Below are positions 21,716 to 35,455 of a stretch of DNA of 64,000 nt, piece after piece (positions within the stretch are counted from its first letter, which is position 1; every line of letters starts with the position of its first letter). The stretch is from Somniosus microcephalus. Its lineage: Eukaryota. The notes under the pieces were generated by a model. That model was not told where the DNA came from. It did no database searches and saw only the letters and a list, made by a program, of their open reading frames with translations. The position numbers were made by a program, and so were the translations under genes. The DNA is taken from contig CM126202.1 in NCBI GenBank assembly GCA_052327205.1, positions 201,190,001-201,254,000 on the forward strand, read 5' to 3'.

Positions 21716-23718
21716 TATGAGAGTAAGCTTGCAGGGAACATAAAAACTGACTGTAAAAGCTTCTATAGATATGTGAAGAGAAAAAGATTGGTAAAGTCAA
21801 GTGTATGTCAGAATCAGGGGAATTTATAATGGGGAACAAAGACATGGCAGACCAATTAAATACATACTTTGGTTTTGTCTTCACAAAGGAGGACACAAAT
21901 AAACTCCCAGAGATGTCGCAGAACATAGGGTCTAATGAGAGGAAGGAACTGAATGAAACCAGTATTTGTAGGGAAATGGTGTTAGGGAAATTGACAGGAT
22001 TGAAGGCCGATAAATCCGCAGGACCTGATAATCTACATACTAGGGTACTTAAGGAAGTGGCCCTAGAAATAGTAGATGCATTGCTGGTCATCTTCCAAAA
22101 TTCTATAGACTCTGGAACAGTTCCCATGGATTGGAGGGTAGCTAATGTAACCCCACTATTTAAAAAAGGAGGTAGAGAAAAAATGGGGAATTATAGACCG
22201 GTAAGCCTGACATTGGTAGTGGGGAAAATGCTAGAGTCCATTATAAAAAATGTAATAGCAGAGCACTTGGAAAACAGTGACAGGATCGGACAAAGTCAAC
22301 ATGGATTTACAAAAGGTAAATCATGCTGGACTAATCTACTGGAATTTTTTGAGGATGTAACTGGTAGAATAGATAAGGGAGAACCAGCGGATGTGGTGTA
22401 TTTGTACTTTCAGTAGGTTTTCGATAAGGTCCCGCATAAGAGACCAGCGTGCAAAGTTAAAGCACATGGGATTGGGGGTAAGGTACTGACTTGGATAGAA
22501 AACTGATAGGCAGACAGGAAGCAAAGAGTTGGAATAAACAAGTCTTTTTTCAAGAGGAAGGCAGTGACTAGTGGGGTACCACAGGGATTGGTGCTAGGAC
22601 CCCAGTTATTCACAATATTTATTAATGATCTAGACGAGGGAACTAGATGTAATATCTCCAAGTTTGCAGATGACACAAAGCTGGGTGGGCGTGTGTGCTG
22701 TGAGGAGGTTGCAGAGAAACTCCAGTACGATTTGGACAGGTTGAGCGATTGGGCAGATGCAGTATAATGTGGATAAATGTGAGGTTATCCACTTTGGTGG
22801 CAAAAACAGGAAGGCAGATTATTATCTGAACGGCAATAGATTGGGAAAAGGGGAAGTGTAACGAGACCTGGGTGTCCTTGTGCACCAGTCGCTGAAGGTA
22901 AGCATGCAGGTGCAGCAGGCGGTTAAGAAGGCAAATGGTATGCTGGCCTTCATAGCGAGAGGATTCGAGTACAGGAGCAAGGATGTCTTGCTGCAGTTGT
23001 ACAGGGCCTTGGTGAGACCACACCTTGAGTATTGTGTGCAGTTTTGATCGCCTTATCTGAGGAAAGATGTTCTTGCCATGGAGGGAGATTCACCAGACTG
23101 ATACCTGGGATGGCAGGAATGATGTATGAAGAGAAATTGGGGTGATTAGGCTTATATTCGCTAGAGATTAGAAGAATGAGAGGGGATCTCATTGAAACTT
23201 ATAAAATTTTAACAGGACTAGACAGACTAGGTGCAGGAAGGCTGTTCCTGATGGCGAGGGAGTTCAGAACCAGGGGTCACAGTCTAAGGATAAGGGAGGG
23301 GTAAGCCATTTAGGACAGAGACGAGGAGAAATTTCTTCACCCAGAGAGTGGTGAACCTGTGGAATTCTCTACCACAGAAGACAGTTGAGGCCAATTCATT
23401 AAATATATTCAAGAAGGAGTTAGATATATTTCTTAAGGCTAAGTGGATCAAGGGATATGGGGAGAGAGCAGGGACAGGGTACTGAATTTGGATGATCAGC
23501 CATGATCGCATTGAATGGTGGAGCAGGCTCGAGGGGCCGAATGGCCTACTCCTGCTCCTATCTTCTATGTTTCACTAATGACCTTTTGGGAAAGAAATCT
23601 GCCGTCCTTACTTGGTCTGGCCTATCTGTGACTCCAGACCCACAGCAATGTGGTTGACTCTTAACTGCCCTCCGAAATGGCCTAGCAAGCCACTCAGTTG
23701 TAACTAACCATAATGAGA

Positions 23719-26326
23719 ATGAAACCAGACGGACCACCTGGCATCGACCTCGGCACCAGCTACGGAGACGGCAACGGCACATCAACATCTGGGGACTTGT
23801 GCCAAAAATGGGCGAGCTGTCCCACAGACTAGTCAAGCAACAGCCTGACATAGTCATACTCACAAAATCATACCTTTCAGCCAATGTCCCAAACTCCTCC
23901 ATCACCAGGGCTGGCGGTGCAGTGATATGCAGTCGGAACGGAGTCCCTGGGAGTCCTCAACATTGACTCTGGACCCCATGAAGTCTCAAGGCTTCAGGTC
24001 AAGCATGGGCAAGGAAACCTCCTGCTGATTACCACCTACCGCCCATCTCAGCTGATTCATACACTTCCATGTTGAATACCACTTGGAAAAATCACTGAAA
24101 GTAGCAAGGGCACATAATGTACTCTGGGTAGGGGACTTCAATGTCCATCACGAAGAGTGGCTCGGTAGCACCACTATTGGCGGAGTCCTGAAGGACATAA
24201 CTGGGCCTGCGACCAACACGAGGGAAAAACCAACTTGACCTCATCCTTACCAATCAACCTGTCACAGATGCATCTGTCCATGACAGTCCCGTCAACAGCA
24301 GAATTGTATACCACCACAATCTGTAACCTCGTGGTCCGGCATATCCCTCACTCTACCATTACCAGCAAGCCAGGGGACCAATCCTGGTTCAATAAGGAGT
24401 GTAGAAGAGCATGCCAGGAGTAGCAACAAGTGTACCTAAAAATGAGCTGCCAACCTGTGGAAGCTGCAACAACAGGACTACATGCATGCTAAACAGCAGA
24501 AGCAGCATGCTGTTGACAGGGCTAAACAATCTCACAATCAATGGATCAGATCAAAGCTCTGCAGTCCTGCCACATCCAGTCATGAATGGTGGTGGACCAT
24601 TAAACAACTAACGGGAGGAGGAGGCTCAATGAATATCCCCATCCTCAATGATGGTGGAGCCCAGCACATGAGTGCAAAAGACAAGGCTGAAGTGTTTGCA
24701 ACCATCTTCAGCCAGAAGTGCTGAATGGATGATCCATATCAGCCTACTCCTGAGGTCCCCACCATCACAGAAGCCGGTCTTCAGCCAATTTCGATTCACT
24801 CCACATGATATCAAGAAACAGCTGAGCGCACTGGATACAGCAAAGGCTATGGGCCCAGACAACATCCCGGCTATCGTGCTGAAGACCTGTGCTCCAGAAC
24901 TAGCCGTGCCGCTAGCCAAGCTGTTCCAGTACAGCTACTACACAGTCATCTATCCGACAATGTGGAAAACTGCCCAGGTATGTCCTGTCCACAAAAAGCA
25001 GGACAAATCCAATCCAGCCAATTACCGCCCCATCAGTCTACTCTCAATCATCAGCAAAGTGATGGAAGGTGTCATCGACAGTGCTATCAAGCGGCACTTA
25101 CTCACCAAAAACCTGCTCACTGATGCCCAGTTTGGGTTCCACCAAGACCACACGGCTCCCGACCTCATTACAGCCTTGGTCCAAACATGGACAAAGGAGC
25201 TGAATTCCAGAGGTGAGGTGAGAGTGACTGTCCTTGACATCAAGACAGCATTTGACTGAGTGTGGCATCAAGGAGCCCTAGTAAAACTGAAGTCAATGGG
25301 AATCGGGGGAAAACTCTCCACTGGCTGGAGTCATACCTAGCACAAAGGAAGGTGGTTGTGGTTGTTGGAGGTCAATCATCACAGCCCCAGGACATCGCTG
25401 CAGGAGTTCCTCAGTGCAGTGCCCTAGGCCCAACCATCTTCAGCTGCTTCATCAATGACCTTCCCTCCAACATAAAGTCAGAAATGGGGATGTTCGCTGA
25501 TGACTGCACAGTGTTCAGCGCCATTCACAACTCCTCAGATAATGAAGCAGTCCATGCCCGCATGCAACAAGACCTGGACAATGTTCAGGCTTGGGCTGAT
25601 AAGTGGCAGGCAACATTCACGCCACAGAAGTGCCAGGCAATGACTATCTCCAACAAGCAAGAGTCTAACCACCTCCCCTTGACTTTCAACGGCATTACCA
25701 TCATCAAATCCCCCACCATCAACATCCTGGGGGTCATCATTGACCAGAAGCTTAACTGGACCAGCCACATAAATACTGTGGCAACAAGAGCAGGTCAGGG
25801 GCTGGGTATTCTGTGGCGAGTGTCTCACCTCCTAACTCCCCAAAGCCTTTCCAGCATCTACAAGGCACAAGTCAGGAGTGTGATGGAATACTCTCCACTT
25901 GCCTGCATGAGTGCAGCTCCAACGAAGCTCAACACCATCCAGGACAAAACAGCCCGCTTGATTGGCACCCCATCCACCACCTTAAACATTCACTCCCTCC
26001 ACCATTGGCGTACCATGGCTGCAGTGTGTACCATCTACAAGATGCACTGCAGCAACTCGCCAAGGCTTCTTCGGCAGCACCTCCCAAACCTGCAACCTCT
26101 TCCACCTAGAAGGACAAGGGCAGCAGGCGCATGGGAACACCTCCACCTCCAGGTTCCCCTCCAAGTCACACACCACCCTGACTTAGAAGTATATTGCCGA
26201 TCCTTCATTGTCGCTGGGTCAAAATTCTGGAACTCCCTGCCTAACAGCACTGTGGGAGTACCTTCACCACTCGGACTGCAGCAGTTCAAGAAGGTGGCTC
26301 ACAACCACCTTCTCAAGGGCAATTAG
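23719..26326 (+). pseudogene. APE endonuclease-reverse transcriptase ORF (internal deletions, stops, frameshifts)
   Basis: Putative start MKPDGPPGIDLG. Fragments 24482-24724, 24672-25259 and 25262-26326 carry RT motifs. Confidence 0.85.
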
Positions 26327-26624
26327 GGATGGGCAATAAATGCTGGTCTTGCCAGCGACGCCCACATCCCATAAATGAATAAAAAAAGGCATAAGATTTT
26401 TTTTTGGTTCCTTTCCCCAGCCACGGGGCACTTAAGCCATTTGTAGCACCTCGTTTTTCCCCTGGCTAAGATCAGCTAACCCAACACAGACAAGGGATCG
26501 AAATTGGGGCCTTCTATTATTTGCTCAGTATTACATCAGGCAGTGCTTTTACCCCCTGAAACATTGGGGAGCTTGTTGCATATTTAATAAGAAATAATAA
26601 AATATCTGAAATTATGGTGGTTTC

Positions 26625-27326
26625 TGCAGGGACGCTGTCGGAAGCCCTCTGAGAGGCCCCACAAGTTACGGGTTTCCACATGTGCTGCGCGAAAACCTGG
26701 AACTTACGATCTGTCAAGTTTCTCATTCGCATCCGCTGCAGAAACACTTTCGCTGGCAGAACTACTGCCCAGCGAATGCTCCTAAATCCCTTATGCCTGG
26801 TAAAAGCAGGCGTGAGGCCTTCTTTTATCAGCGTAAAGGTTAAAATAAATGTTAAAATAATTTTTTTTAATGGTTTAAAATACACATACTTTTAAAATTA
26901 GTTTAGGTAAATTTTGGCCCATTTTAAAATGTTTAAGTTTATTTTTCAAAAAATTATTTTTTTATTTTAAATGCTTAATTAAAGGGTCTTTTAATTAACT
27001 TTGAACATGTAATTTTTTTTTTAAGTGGTGTGAATTCTTATTTATTTGGGGATTTCTATTAAGCTTATGGGGATTCCGTACGAAAATGGAATCCACATAA
27101 GCATAATTGGAATCCCCCTCTTTGATTGATTGACTGGGGCCACGTGATCCCGGGGACGCTTACAAACAGCATGCGCCCTGGGATCCGTGGGCCTTTGCGC
27201 AGACGTACATCTGCAGGCCCGAGAAGGGAACTCTCCGTAGCTATGGAGCCAGGAGGTAAGTACGGAAATATTTAGTGGGTCAGAGGCGTACTCCAGAGGT
27301 ACACCTCCGACTGCAAATTCAGGGCC
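26625..27326 (-). mobile_element. Non-autonomous Harbinger-like element, copy 2
   Basis: Reverse complement of 5661-6395. Terminus GGCCCTGAATTTGC. Confidence 0.65.
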
Positions 27327-27350
27327 ATTGAAGTTTTACTCCACTGCTTT

Positions 27351-27812
27351 ATAGAAACATAGAAACATAGAAGATAGGAGCAGGAGTAGGCCGTTCGGCC
27401 CCTCGAGCCTGTTTCGCCATTTAATGAGATCATGGCTGATCATCCAAATTCAGTGCCCTGTCCCTGCTTTCTCTCCATATCTCTTGATCCCTTTAGCCTT
27501 AAGAAATATATCTAACTCCTTCTTGAATATATTTAATGAATTGGCCTCAACTGCCTTGTGTGGTAGAGAATTCCACAGGTTCACCACTCTCTGGGTGAAG
27601 AAATTCCTCTTCATCTCAGTCCTAAATGGCCTACCCCTTATCCTTAGACTGTGACTGGTTCTGGACTCCCCCGCCATCAGGAACATCCTTCCTGTATCTA
27701 GTCTGTCTAGTCCTGTTAGAATTTTATAAGATTCAATGAGATCCCCTCTCATTCGTCTAAACTCTAGCGAATACTGTATAAGCCCAATCGACCCAATCTT
27801 CTCCTCATACGT
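27351..27812 (-). mobile_element. CR1 LINE 3' fragment
   Basis: (ATAGAAAC)n tail and RGDLIE..FFTQRVVNLWNSLP. Confidence 0.9.
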
Positions 27813-28969
27813 TTATGACACAATCTGAACTCCTCGATGGTTATTAATTGGTCAGATGCTACAGTTTATTTTATTACCCTATATGTAAATACTGACCAAG
27901 ATTCTCTCAAATGTGGCTGAAATTTGCTTTCATGTTTTTGTTGATTTTTAGTACAGTCAGATATCAGAAAAGTTTTAGGGAAAAGAAAAGGAATTAATAA
28001 TGTACTGATAAAAAAATCAAACAGCAAATTATTATTGACAATGAAACTAACTAATGATGAGATGACAAACATTATTTCAAGTAAATTCACAGCATGTTAA
28101 AAATAGAAAGTACAGTGATCCCTCGTGATAAGACTTTGGAGTAAACCCAAGTCCCCAAGTTTAAACTTGATCAAAAAGATTTTCACTTTCATAGCAGTAA
28201 GTAGAAACATGTTCACTGTGTCTCATTCAATGAGCTAAGACTTCTCAATATGGTGGTCAAACATCACTTGAGAGGTGAAAATCATTTGATATGACCTGGG
28301 TATTATTAAAGCACCTTTTATATTTATAGTGGTCACCATGAAAATGAATACACATTTTAATAACAAATATATTTTTTACCGAAGATAAAGACATGTTTTA
28401 GTATAAATAGAATGCCTCAATGTTGAATCTGGGTTTAATCCCACACGTAGCAAAGACCTATATAAGTCACTTACAACTTTGTTATTCTTGAAATATGATG
28501 ACTTCCCTGTACATGGGAATTCAACCCTCGGTGTCCTCTTTTTAAAATTGAAAATACAATATTAAGGCCAAGGGCATAGAGCAGGACACTACCAAGGTTG
28601 AAAATAGGAGGTTTGAAAATATGGTTAGGGAACAATAGATTGGGTTTGAAAAACTTGTAGATTGTAAAAGGAAGGCAAGACTGAGGGAGGTAAACTGTCT
28701 AGTTTTGAAGTTTTGATAAAGAATGAGTTAGACTGCATCTATACTATACAGTTACAGTCCTAGTTGGTAAATTTTGAATGTTTTGAGAGCCAAAGTGTAA
28801 GTGCCGTGTTCTCAAAACACTTAAAACAACTCTGCATACGTTTACTAAATGTCAGTAGCTCCAAGGTGCCCCCCTAAGTACTTTTTAAATTATATTTGAG
28901 ACCTATTCAAGAGGATCTTACACACTCCTCTCCAGAGTCAAATCAGGACTTGACTGAAGCTATACTGTT

Positions 28970-29602
28970 ACAGGTTTGAGTTTCTCCTTGACAGATCATA
29001 CCTATCTGCTACAAATTCACTTTCGCTGGTGCAGGGTTGGGTTATTTGCCCACTACTGCCCAGCGTACATCCACCAAACCCTTACGCCTGGTGAAAGCAG
29101 GCATAAGACCTTCTCTTACCAGCATAAGGGTCCAAATAAATGTTAATATATATATTTTTTAATGATTTAAACATTTAAAAATCATTAAAATTAGTTTAGG
29201 TTATTATTGTCCCATTTAAAAATGTTTCAATTTATTTTTCAAAAAATTAAATTTTTATTTTAGTTAATTTTGAACCTGTGATTATTTATTTTTACTTCAG
29301 TGTTGTGAAATGTTATTTATTAGGTGATTTCTATTATGCTTATGGGGAATCTGTACGTAAATGGAATCTCCATAAGCATAATAAGAATACCCCTTTGTGA
29401 TTGGTTGACTGGGCCCACGTGTTCCCAGGGATGCTTGCGAACTGCATGCGCCCCTGGGATGTGTGGGCCTTTACACAGACATATGCCTGCAGGCCCAGGA
29501 CCGCAAGAGTTCGAAGCTCCGGAGCCATCAAGTAAGTACAGAATTTTCTTGCGGTTCGGAGGCATACGTGGGCAGCAAGCCTTCGACCGCAATTTCCAGG
29601 CC
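28970..29602 (-). mobile_element. Non-autonomous Harbinger-like element, copy 3
   Basis: Colinear with 26700-27326. Terminus GGCCTGGAAATTGC. Confidence 0.65.
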
Positions 29603-29624
29603 AATATATTTCTATTATGAACTG

Positions 29625-29862
29625 ATTATGGACAGACAACACCTCTGATTAGAACAGGTTTGGTTTCTTTGTCAATGGTTAGAAAATAAAACAAAGAGAT
29701 TGTTCATTGAGTCTGGATTTCTATCTTTATCGCTTCCCTGTATTTTCATTGAAACTTGAGTTAACAATTCTCTCTTCCAAATTATTTTTGAAGCTTAAGG
29801 AAAACGTTTTATACAAAAGCTTGAAAGCTGTGTAAACAGTCAACCTTTGAGCATTTTATGAA
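29625..29862 (+). repeat. Left arm of a diverged inverted repeat (partner 36503-36730)
   Basis: GACAGACAACACCTCTGATTAGA and AGTCAACCTTTGA.CATTTTATGAA are shared in inverted orientation. Confidence 0.75.
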
Positions 29863-30094
29863 GTAAAGATGTCCAATGGCCATACTCACAGTGAGTCAGA
29901 GGTCTTGTAAATATAGGAAAGTTATGTCAAGTATTATCAGAGATATTGATTTATCTACACTGAAGGTAGCTCTGGGAACAAGATGCTCTGGGAATAGGGC
30001 CCAAGAACTGGAAGTACTGGGATTTGGTCTCAGAGACATGCAACATTTTGAAGGGGTTTGCCAGGATCTGACACCACTGGAAGTGAGGATCTTA

Positions 30095-31120
30095 GGGGGG
30101 AATTTTCTGGGTGGTCAGCGGGCACGATCGGTGGCGGGTTGGGTGAGAATGTGTTTTTTTTTCAGTGAGTTGGGACCCTGCTGTCAACCCACCACCACGC
30201 CCCTTTACCAAATATCGGGTCTGTCAGTGCTCAGCAGACCCGACATGCAATGGCGGGGGAGGCAATTCAGGTCATTATGACCTTGTTAACAGAGGATTAA
30301 CAGCAATTTTGAGCTCACCTTTAGAATTTACCAGCTCGCCAATGGGGTCCACGCTGCTAGGGGATCACGTCTGTTAAGTTGGGCGGGAGTTGAATGGCCA
30401 TGGAATCATCTCAATACTTGACAGCTTGAAATGTGCTATAAAAGCTCCCATCTCACAGCTGTTTACCCTCCAAGCTCAGAAGCTGTTGCTTACTGCATTT
30501 GGAAGACAGATTGAGCTTTATGCAGGTTGCAAGTGTTTGGAGCAAACTCTCTATCCAGTAGCACCTCATTGGAACAACCTCCCTCACCATTGACAGATCG
30601 CTTCTGTCATCTCAAGTTCACCTGCCATCTATTCCATCAGTATGGGTACGGTTTATACACTCTCACCTTGGTCCTCAGAATCTGACCACGATCAGCCACA
30701 ACACCAGCATCACCAGACACACCAGCAGCACCAACAGCCACACCAACCTTCTCCGCAATCACCTGATGCTGCACAGGACACAGGGCATCAGCACCCGACC
30801 ACATTGCTGCCCGGGACGCCAGGGATAGCCTCATCTTGGCCACATTTACTTCACTTGACGCTGTACACCCTGGCTACCACATAATGCGCCAGGTTGGCAC
30901 CACCCCACACCAACACCATAAACCGTCCCTACAATGCCCAAGCCATTCCTTTCACACTCATCACTATTGCGGGGGGTGCCGTTACGTCTCACCATTCACT
31001 GCAACTCACTAAGCCACTTCCAAAGGTGCACACAAATCTGTCCAAGAACACAAAGTATTGAAAATAAAGATTTCAATGTTTGACAGCACATTAACAGAAA
31101 CTTCACATGAGCATTGGCTA
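30095..31120 (+). mobile_element. Harbinger non-autonomous element, left part (same family as 60422-62181)
   Basis: Colinear with 60422-61440 up to the Gypsy LTR. Confidence 0.8.
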
Positions 31121-31319
31121 TGTTGTGTTTGTACCGCTATACACAACTACATAAAATAATAAAGCAGCAGAGACTGAGAGTAACTTCAAGTGATCTTTAC
31201 TGTTTAACTGGAACTTCGGCACTGACTATACAAATCGATACGCGTCTGTTATATACGCTCGCAACTAAGGATGTACATCCGTAAAACAAAGTAATCCCTT
31301 CAATGTTGTGTACATTACA
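31121..31319 (-). repeat. 3' LTR (199 bp)
   Basis: TG...CA ends, directly next to PPT AAAAGGGGAGGAAG. Confidence 0.8.
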
Positions 31320-34300
31320 CTTCCTCCCCTTTTAGTTTAATAGTATATTAATGCAAAATTTCTATAATTAACATACAGAGCCTGTCTTTACAGTAACCTT
31401 TTTGTTTTCTTAAAAGTAACAAAATTCAAATTCCAACATAACATTTTATTTTGTCAACCGCCCTTTTACAAGTCAAGTCTCTGGGGAGGCCTCCTCTGCC
31501 TCTCTGGGTAACATCTCTCCAGACTCTTTTGCTTTGGGGAATGAGACTGTACAGGTACAGGTGCATCAGGTGAGCTATCAGCACAGGTAGAGCTCTCAGC
31601 TGTGGATGAGGCTGGTGCTGATGCTGATGAATCAGGAGTGTCTGTTTCCATGTCAGGTGAGTCTGGGCGAGGTATAAGGGTGTTTTCCACCTGAACATCC
31701 AGAATTTAGTCCACATGACGTCTCAAAACGTTCTCTCCCAAATCCACAGTATACATCAGTGGTCCCTCTCTTGTGGATATTGTCCCTGGTTGCCACTTTT
31801 CCATCCGGAAATCACGAGCAAGAACTGACTGTCCCACACTGAAGCTTCTTGTTGGCTTAGCATTCAAATGTTTGAACTGTTTGTTCTCTACATCATGACG
31901 TACATTCGGTTTAAGAAGGTCCATGCGAGATCTCATGTTCCTGTTCAGAAACATCATCGCTGGAGTCTGATTAGTGGCTGCGTGTACTGCGTGCCGATAA
32001 GCAAAGAGGAAATTGTCTATCTTGTGTTGCGGTGGTAGATTCTCGCTGTACATTGCTTTGATGGCCTTCTTGAAAGTATGTACGAATCTTTCTGCCAAGC
32101 CATTTGTAGCTGGATGGTACGGGGCAGATGTGTAGTGCTTGATTCCATTTTTCCTCATGAAACATTGGAATTCGTCAGAGACAAATTGTCATCCATGCAG
32201 ATTTGTTCTGGTAGGCCATTTCTAGCGAACATGGTCCTCAGAAATGAAATGGTCTTTTCAGATGTGGTTAATTTCATTTTGATGACCTCGGGCCATTTGG
32301 AATGTGTATCGACTGCAATCAAGAACATGGAGTCCATGAACGGTCCAGCAAAGTCGATGTGCACACATTGCCATGGTGATGAGGGCCATTCCCACGGATG
32401 GAGAGGGGATTGTGGTGGTGCATTCTGGACCTTTTGACATCCTGAGCAGCTCTTTGTCAGGTCCTCGATCAGTTTTTCAATTCCCGGCCACCACACGTAT
32501 CCACGGGCAAGGCTTTTCATCTTTACCGTACCTAAGTGACCTTCATGCAGTTCATCTAGCACTCGGTTACGAAGCTTGGGAGGAATCACAACTCGTGAGC
32601 TGCACATCAGTGTTCCCCGACACACTGATAACTGCTCCCTCCTAGCTGAGAATGCTGGAAACAATAAGTCACCCAGCGCTGGCCATCCCTTCACAGTGAT
32701 GTCATAAACTTTTGACAATGTAGGGTCATTGCGTGTTTTTCTTTCAATGAGGGAGTTTGTCACTGGTAGCTGCTCAACTATTGTTGTGTGAACTACCTCT
32801 GCTGAGTCAACTGTTGTAGTTCTCTCTGAGGTCGGCAGTGGTAAACGTGACAAACCATTGGCGTTGCCATGTTGCTTGGTCCCCTTGTATTCAATGTCAT
32901 ACAGGTAAGCCCCTAGGAAGAGTGACCATCGCTGCAACCGTTGTGCCGTCATCACTGGAACGCCCTTCCTTGGGTTGAAGATTGAAACGAGAGGCTGGTG
33001 GTCAGTTAACAGTGTAAACTGTTGACCATACAAGTAGTGGTTGAATTTCTTGACTCCCCACACAAGGCTGAGGGCCTCTCGGTCAATCTGTGCATAATTG
33101 CTTTCAGCTGTAGTCATTGATCTTGAGGCAAAGGCTATTGGTCTTTCTGAGCCATCTGTGAACTTATGTGGCAACACGGCACCAATGCCATGGGGTGAAG
33201 CATAACATGCCAGTCGAATAGGTAAGGATGGGTCAAAGTGAGCTAGCACCTCTTCTGAAGTAATGAGTCTTTTACTCTCTTGAAAAGCTTGTTCACAGCT
33301 GTCACTCCACTTTCATTGTGACCCTGTCTGTAGCAGTGCATTTAGTGGGTGTAACACTGTGGATAGGTTGGGCAAGAACTTGTGATAGTAGTTCACCAGT
33401 CCAAGATATGACCTCAACTGAGACACATTTTCAGGTGTTGGTGCATTAATCACAGCTTCAATCTTGTCTGGAGACTTGTGTAACCCGTCCTTGTCAATCA
33501 CATGTCCACAGTATGAGATTTCCTTTTTGAAAAACTCACACTTGTCTCAGTTCGCTCGGAGCCCATACTTCCATAACCTGATGAGCACCTGTTCGAGGTT
33601 GGAAAGGTGGTCGTTGTCATTCTTGCCAGTAATGATGATGTCATCAAGATAACACTGAGTACCTGGGATCCCCTGCAGGACTTGGTCCATTGCCCTTTGC
33701 CAGATTGCAGGAGCTGATGCTATTCCGAATACCAGCCGATTGTACTGGTAAAGGCCTTTGTGCGTATTTATTGTCAGGTACTTCTTTGATGCATCATCAA
33801 TTTCCATTTGGAGATAGGCCTGGGCCAAGTCAATCTTTGTGAAGCATTCCCCTCTTGACAGGGAAGCAAAGATGTCCTCAATGCGAGGCAATGGGTACTG
33901 TACTGTGTGGACGACTGGGTTAACAGTCACTTTAAAGTCTCCGCAGATGCGCACTTTTCTTGGCTTTCCTGGTTTTGTGCTGGAGGTTTTCTTCATCACT
34001 GGAACTATAGGTGTGGCCCATTCACTCCAATCCTCCTTGGACAGGACCCCTAACTGCTCCAAGTTCTCCAGCTCTGCTTCTACTGAAGGGCGAATTGCAT
34101 AAGGCACTGGTTTGGCCTTGTGGTACTTTGGATTTGCGTTCTCCTCAATCTTAATTTTTGCTTTCATGCCCTTAAGTGTTCCTATTCCCTTCTTGAACAC
34201 TTCCTGAGAGTCAGAGAGTATTTTTGACAGTCTCACAGGAGTGGCGTTGCTGTCCTCCTTTGCTGACACAAACAGTGCTTGGATGGTGTGCCAATCCAAC

Positions 34301-35455
34301 TGTATTTTCCTGAGCCATTCGCGTCCCAGCAATGGTGGTCCTCCATTTTTCAGTACATAGAGGTTCAATTGCGGTATTTTTTTTTCTTTGTATGTCACTG
34401 TCACTTTTATTTTACCTTTGGGGCACACTCTTTGTCCTGTGTATGTCTTTAACAGTACTTTAGTTGGCCTTAGCGGTATGTGTGAAAACAGTCGTTTGTA
34501 GTCATGTACAGAGATCACTGTTGAAGCTGAGCCTGTGTCCAACTCCATTTTCAGTCTAACTCCTGCCACTTCTGGAGTAATCCATATTATTCTGTGATCC
34601 TCTGTCTCTTTCACACTGTGTAGTTTCACACAAGCCAAATCCTCTGAGTCTGTGTAACTTTTTTTTTATCTGAACTGTTTCCAGTCACGTGGTGTACCTT
34701 CTTGTATCTTTCTTTGAAAAGTTTCTTGTTTTCAGTCACTTGATGTACCTTCTTGTTACTCTCTATTGTATCAGTTTTCTGCTTATTTGCTTTGCAGACT
34801 CTTTCAATGTGCCCTTGTCTGCCACATTGTCTGCAGTCTTTGTCTTTAAACCAACAGTCATTGTGGTCATGTGACATTTTGCCACAGCGATAACACTTCT
34901 TTTCTTGTTTCAGTGACATTTTATTAGTTGAATATTCCTGGGATTTTTGTTGAATTTCTAAAGCGCCACGTGCTGCTGCTTCAATTGATATTGCGATACT
35001 CAGAGCCTTCTCCAACGTGAGGTCTTTTTCAGACAGGAGCTTCTTTTGTGTGCTTTCATTTTGCATGCCACGCACAAATCTGTCCCTCAATGCATCTGAT
35101 AAGCCCACTCCAAATTGGCAATGTTCTGATAATTTGCGCAACTTTGCCAAATATTCAGAAATGCTTTCATTTTTGCTCTGGTTCCGTTTATGGAATTTAA
35201 ATCTTTCAGCTATGAGCAGTGGTTTGGGGCTTAAATGGTCTTGGAGTGTGTCTGCTATTTGTTTGAATGTTTTGTTTGCTGGCTTTTCAGGGGTTAATAA
35301 ACTACGTAGCAGCCCATATGTCTTTGCGCCCATAACACTCAGCAAAACAGTGTCTTTCTTTTCTACCTCCACTCCATTAGCCTCACAGTACAACTCCACT
35401 CTTTGAATGTAAGTTGCCCAGTCTTCAATGCTGCTATCAAATGCTGCAATAGTGC
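31121..35455 (-). mobile_element. Ty3/Gypsy (Mag-like) LTR retrotransposon lacking its 5' LTR, with frameshifted gag-pol
   Basis: Gag with two CCHC knuckles, protease LDTG, RT YLDD, RNase H (NYAQIDREAL) and integrase (H-H-C-C, HIDFAGP, NGLAER). PPT at 31320-31333. Confidence 0.95.

Larger units (their letters stand above)
19267..23570 (+). mobile_element. CR1 LINE with partial ORF1 and ORF2
   Basis: 6-bp TSD TTCACT (19261-19266 / 23571-23576). ORF2 motifs CLNARSI, MGDFN, NYRPVSL and FADD. CR1 tail TTCTATGT. Confidence 0.95.
19083..26387 (+). mobile_element. CR1/L2-group LINE with tRNA-derived 5' head and single EN-RT ORF, interrupted by the CR1 at 19267-23570
   Basis: A-box TAGCGTAGTGG (19090) and B-box-like GAATTCAAATCC (19154). 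The sequence resumes after the TTCACT duplication at 23571 and runs into NIWGLVPK..PDIVILT (APE), GDFN, NYRPISLL, FADD, AATAAA and an A-rich tail. Confidence 0.8.

Noticed and set aside
30642-30884. Gln/His-rich short protein
   Set aside because: It lies within a Harbinger derivative and the frame is not preserved in the sister copy at about 60960-61190.
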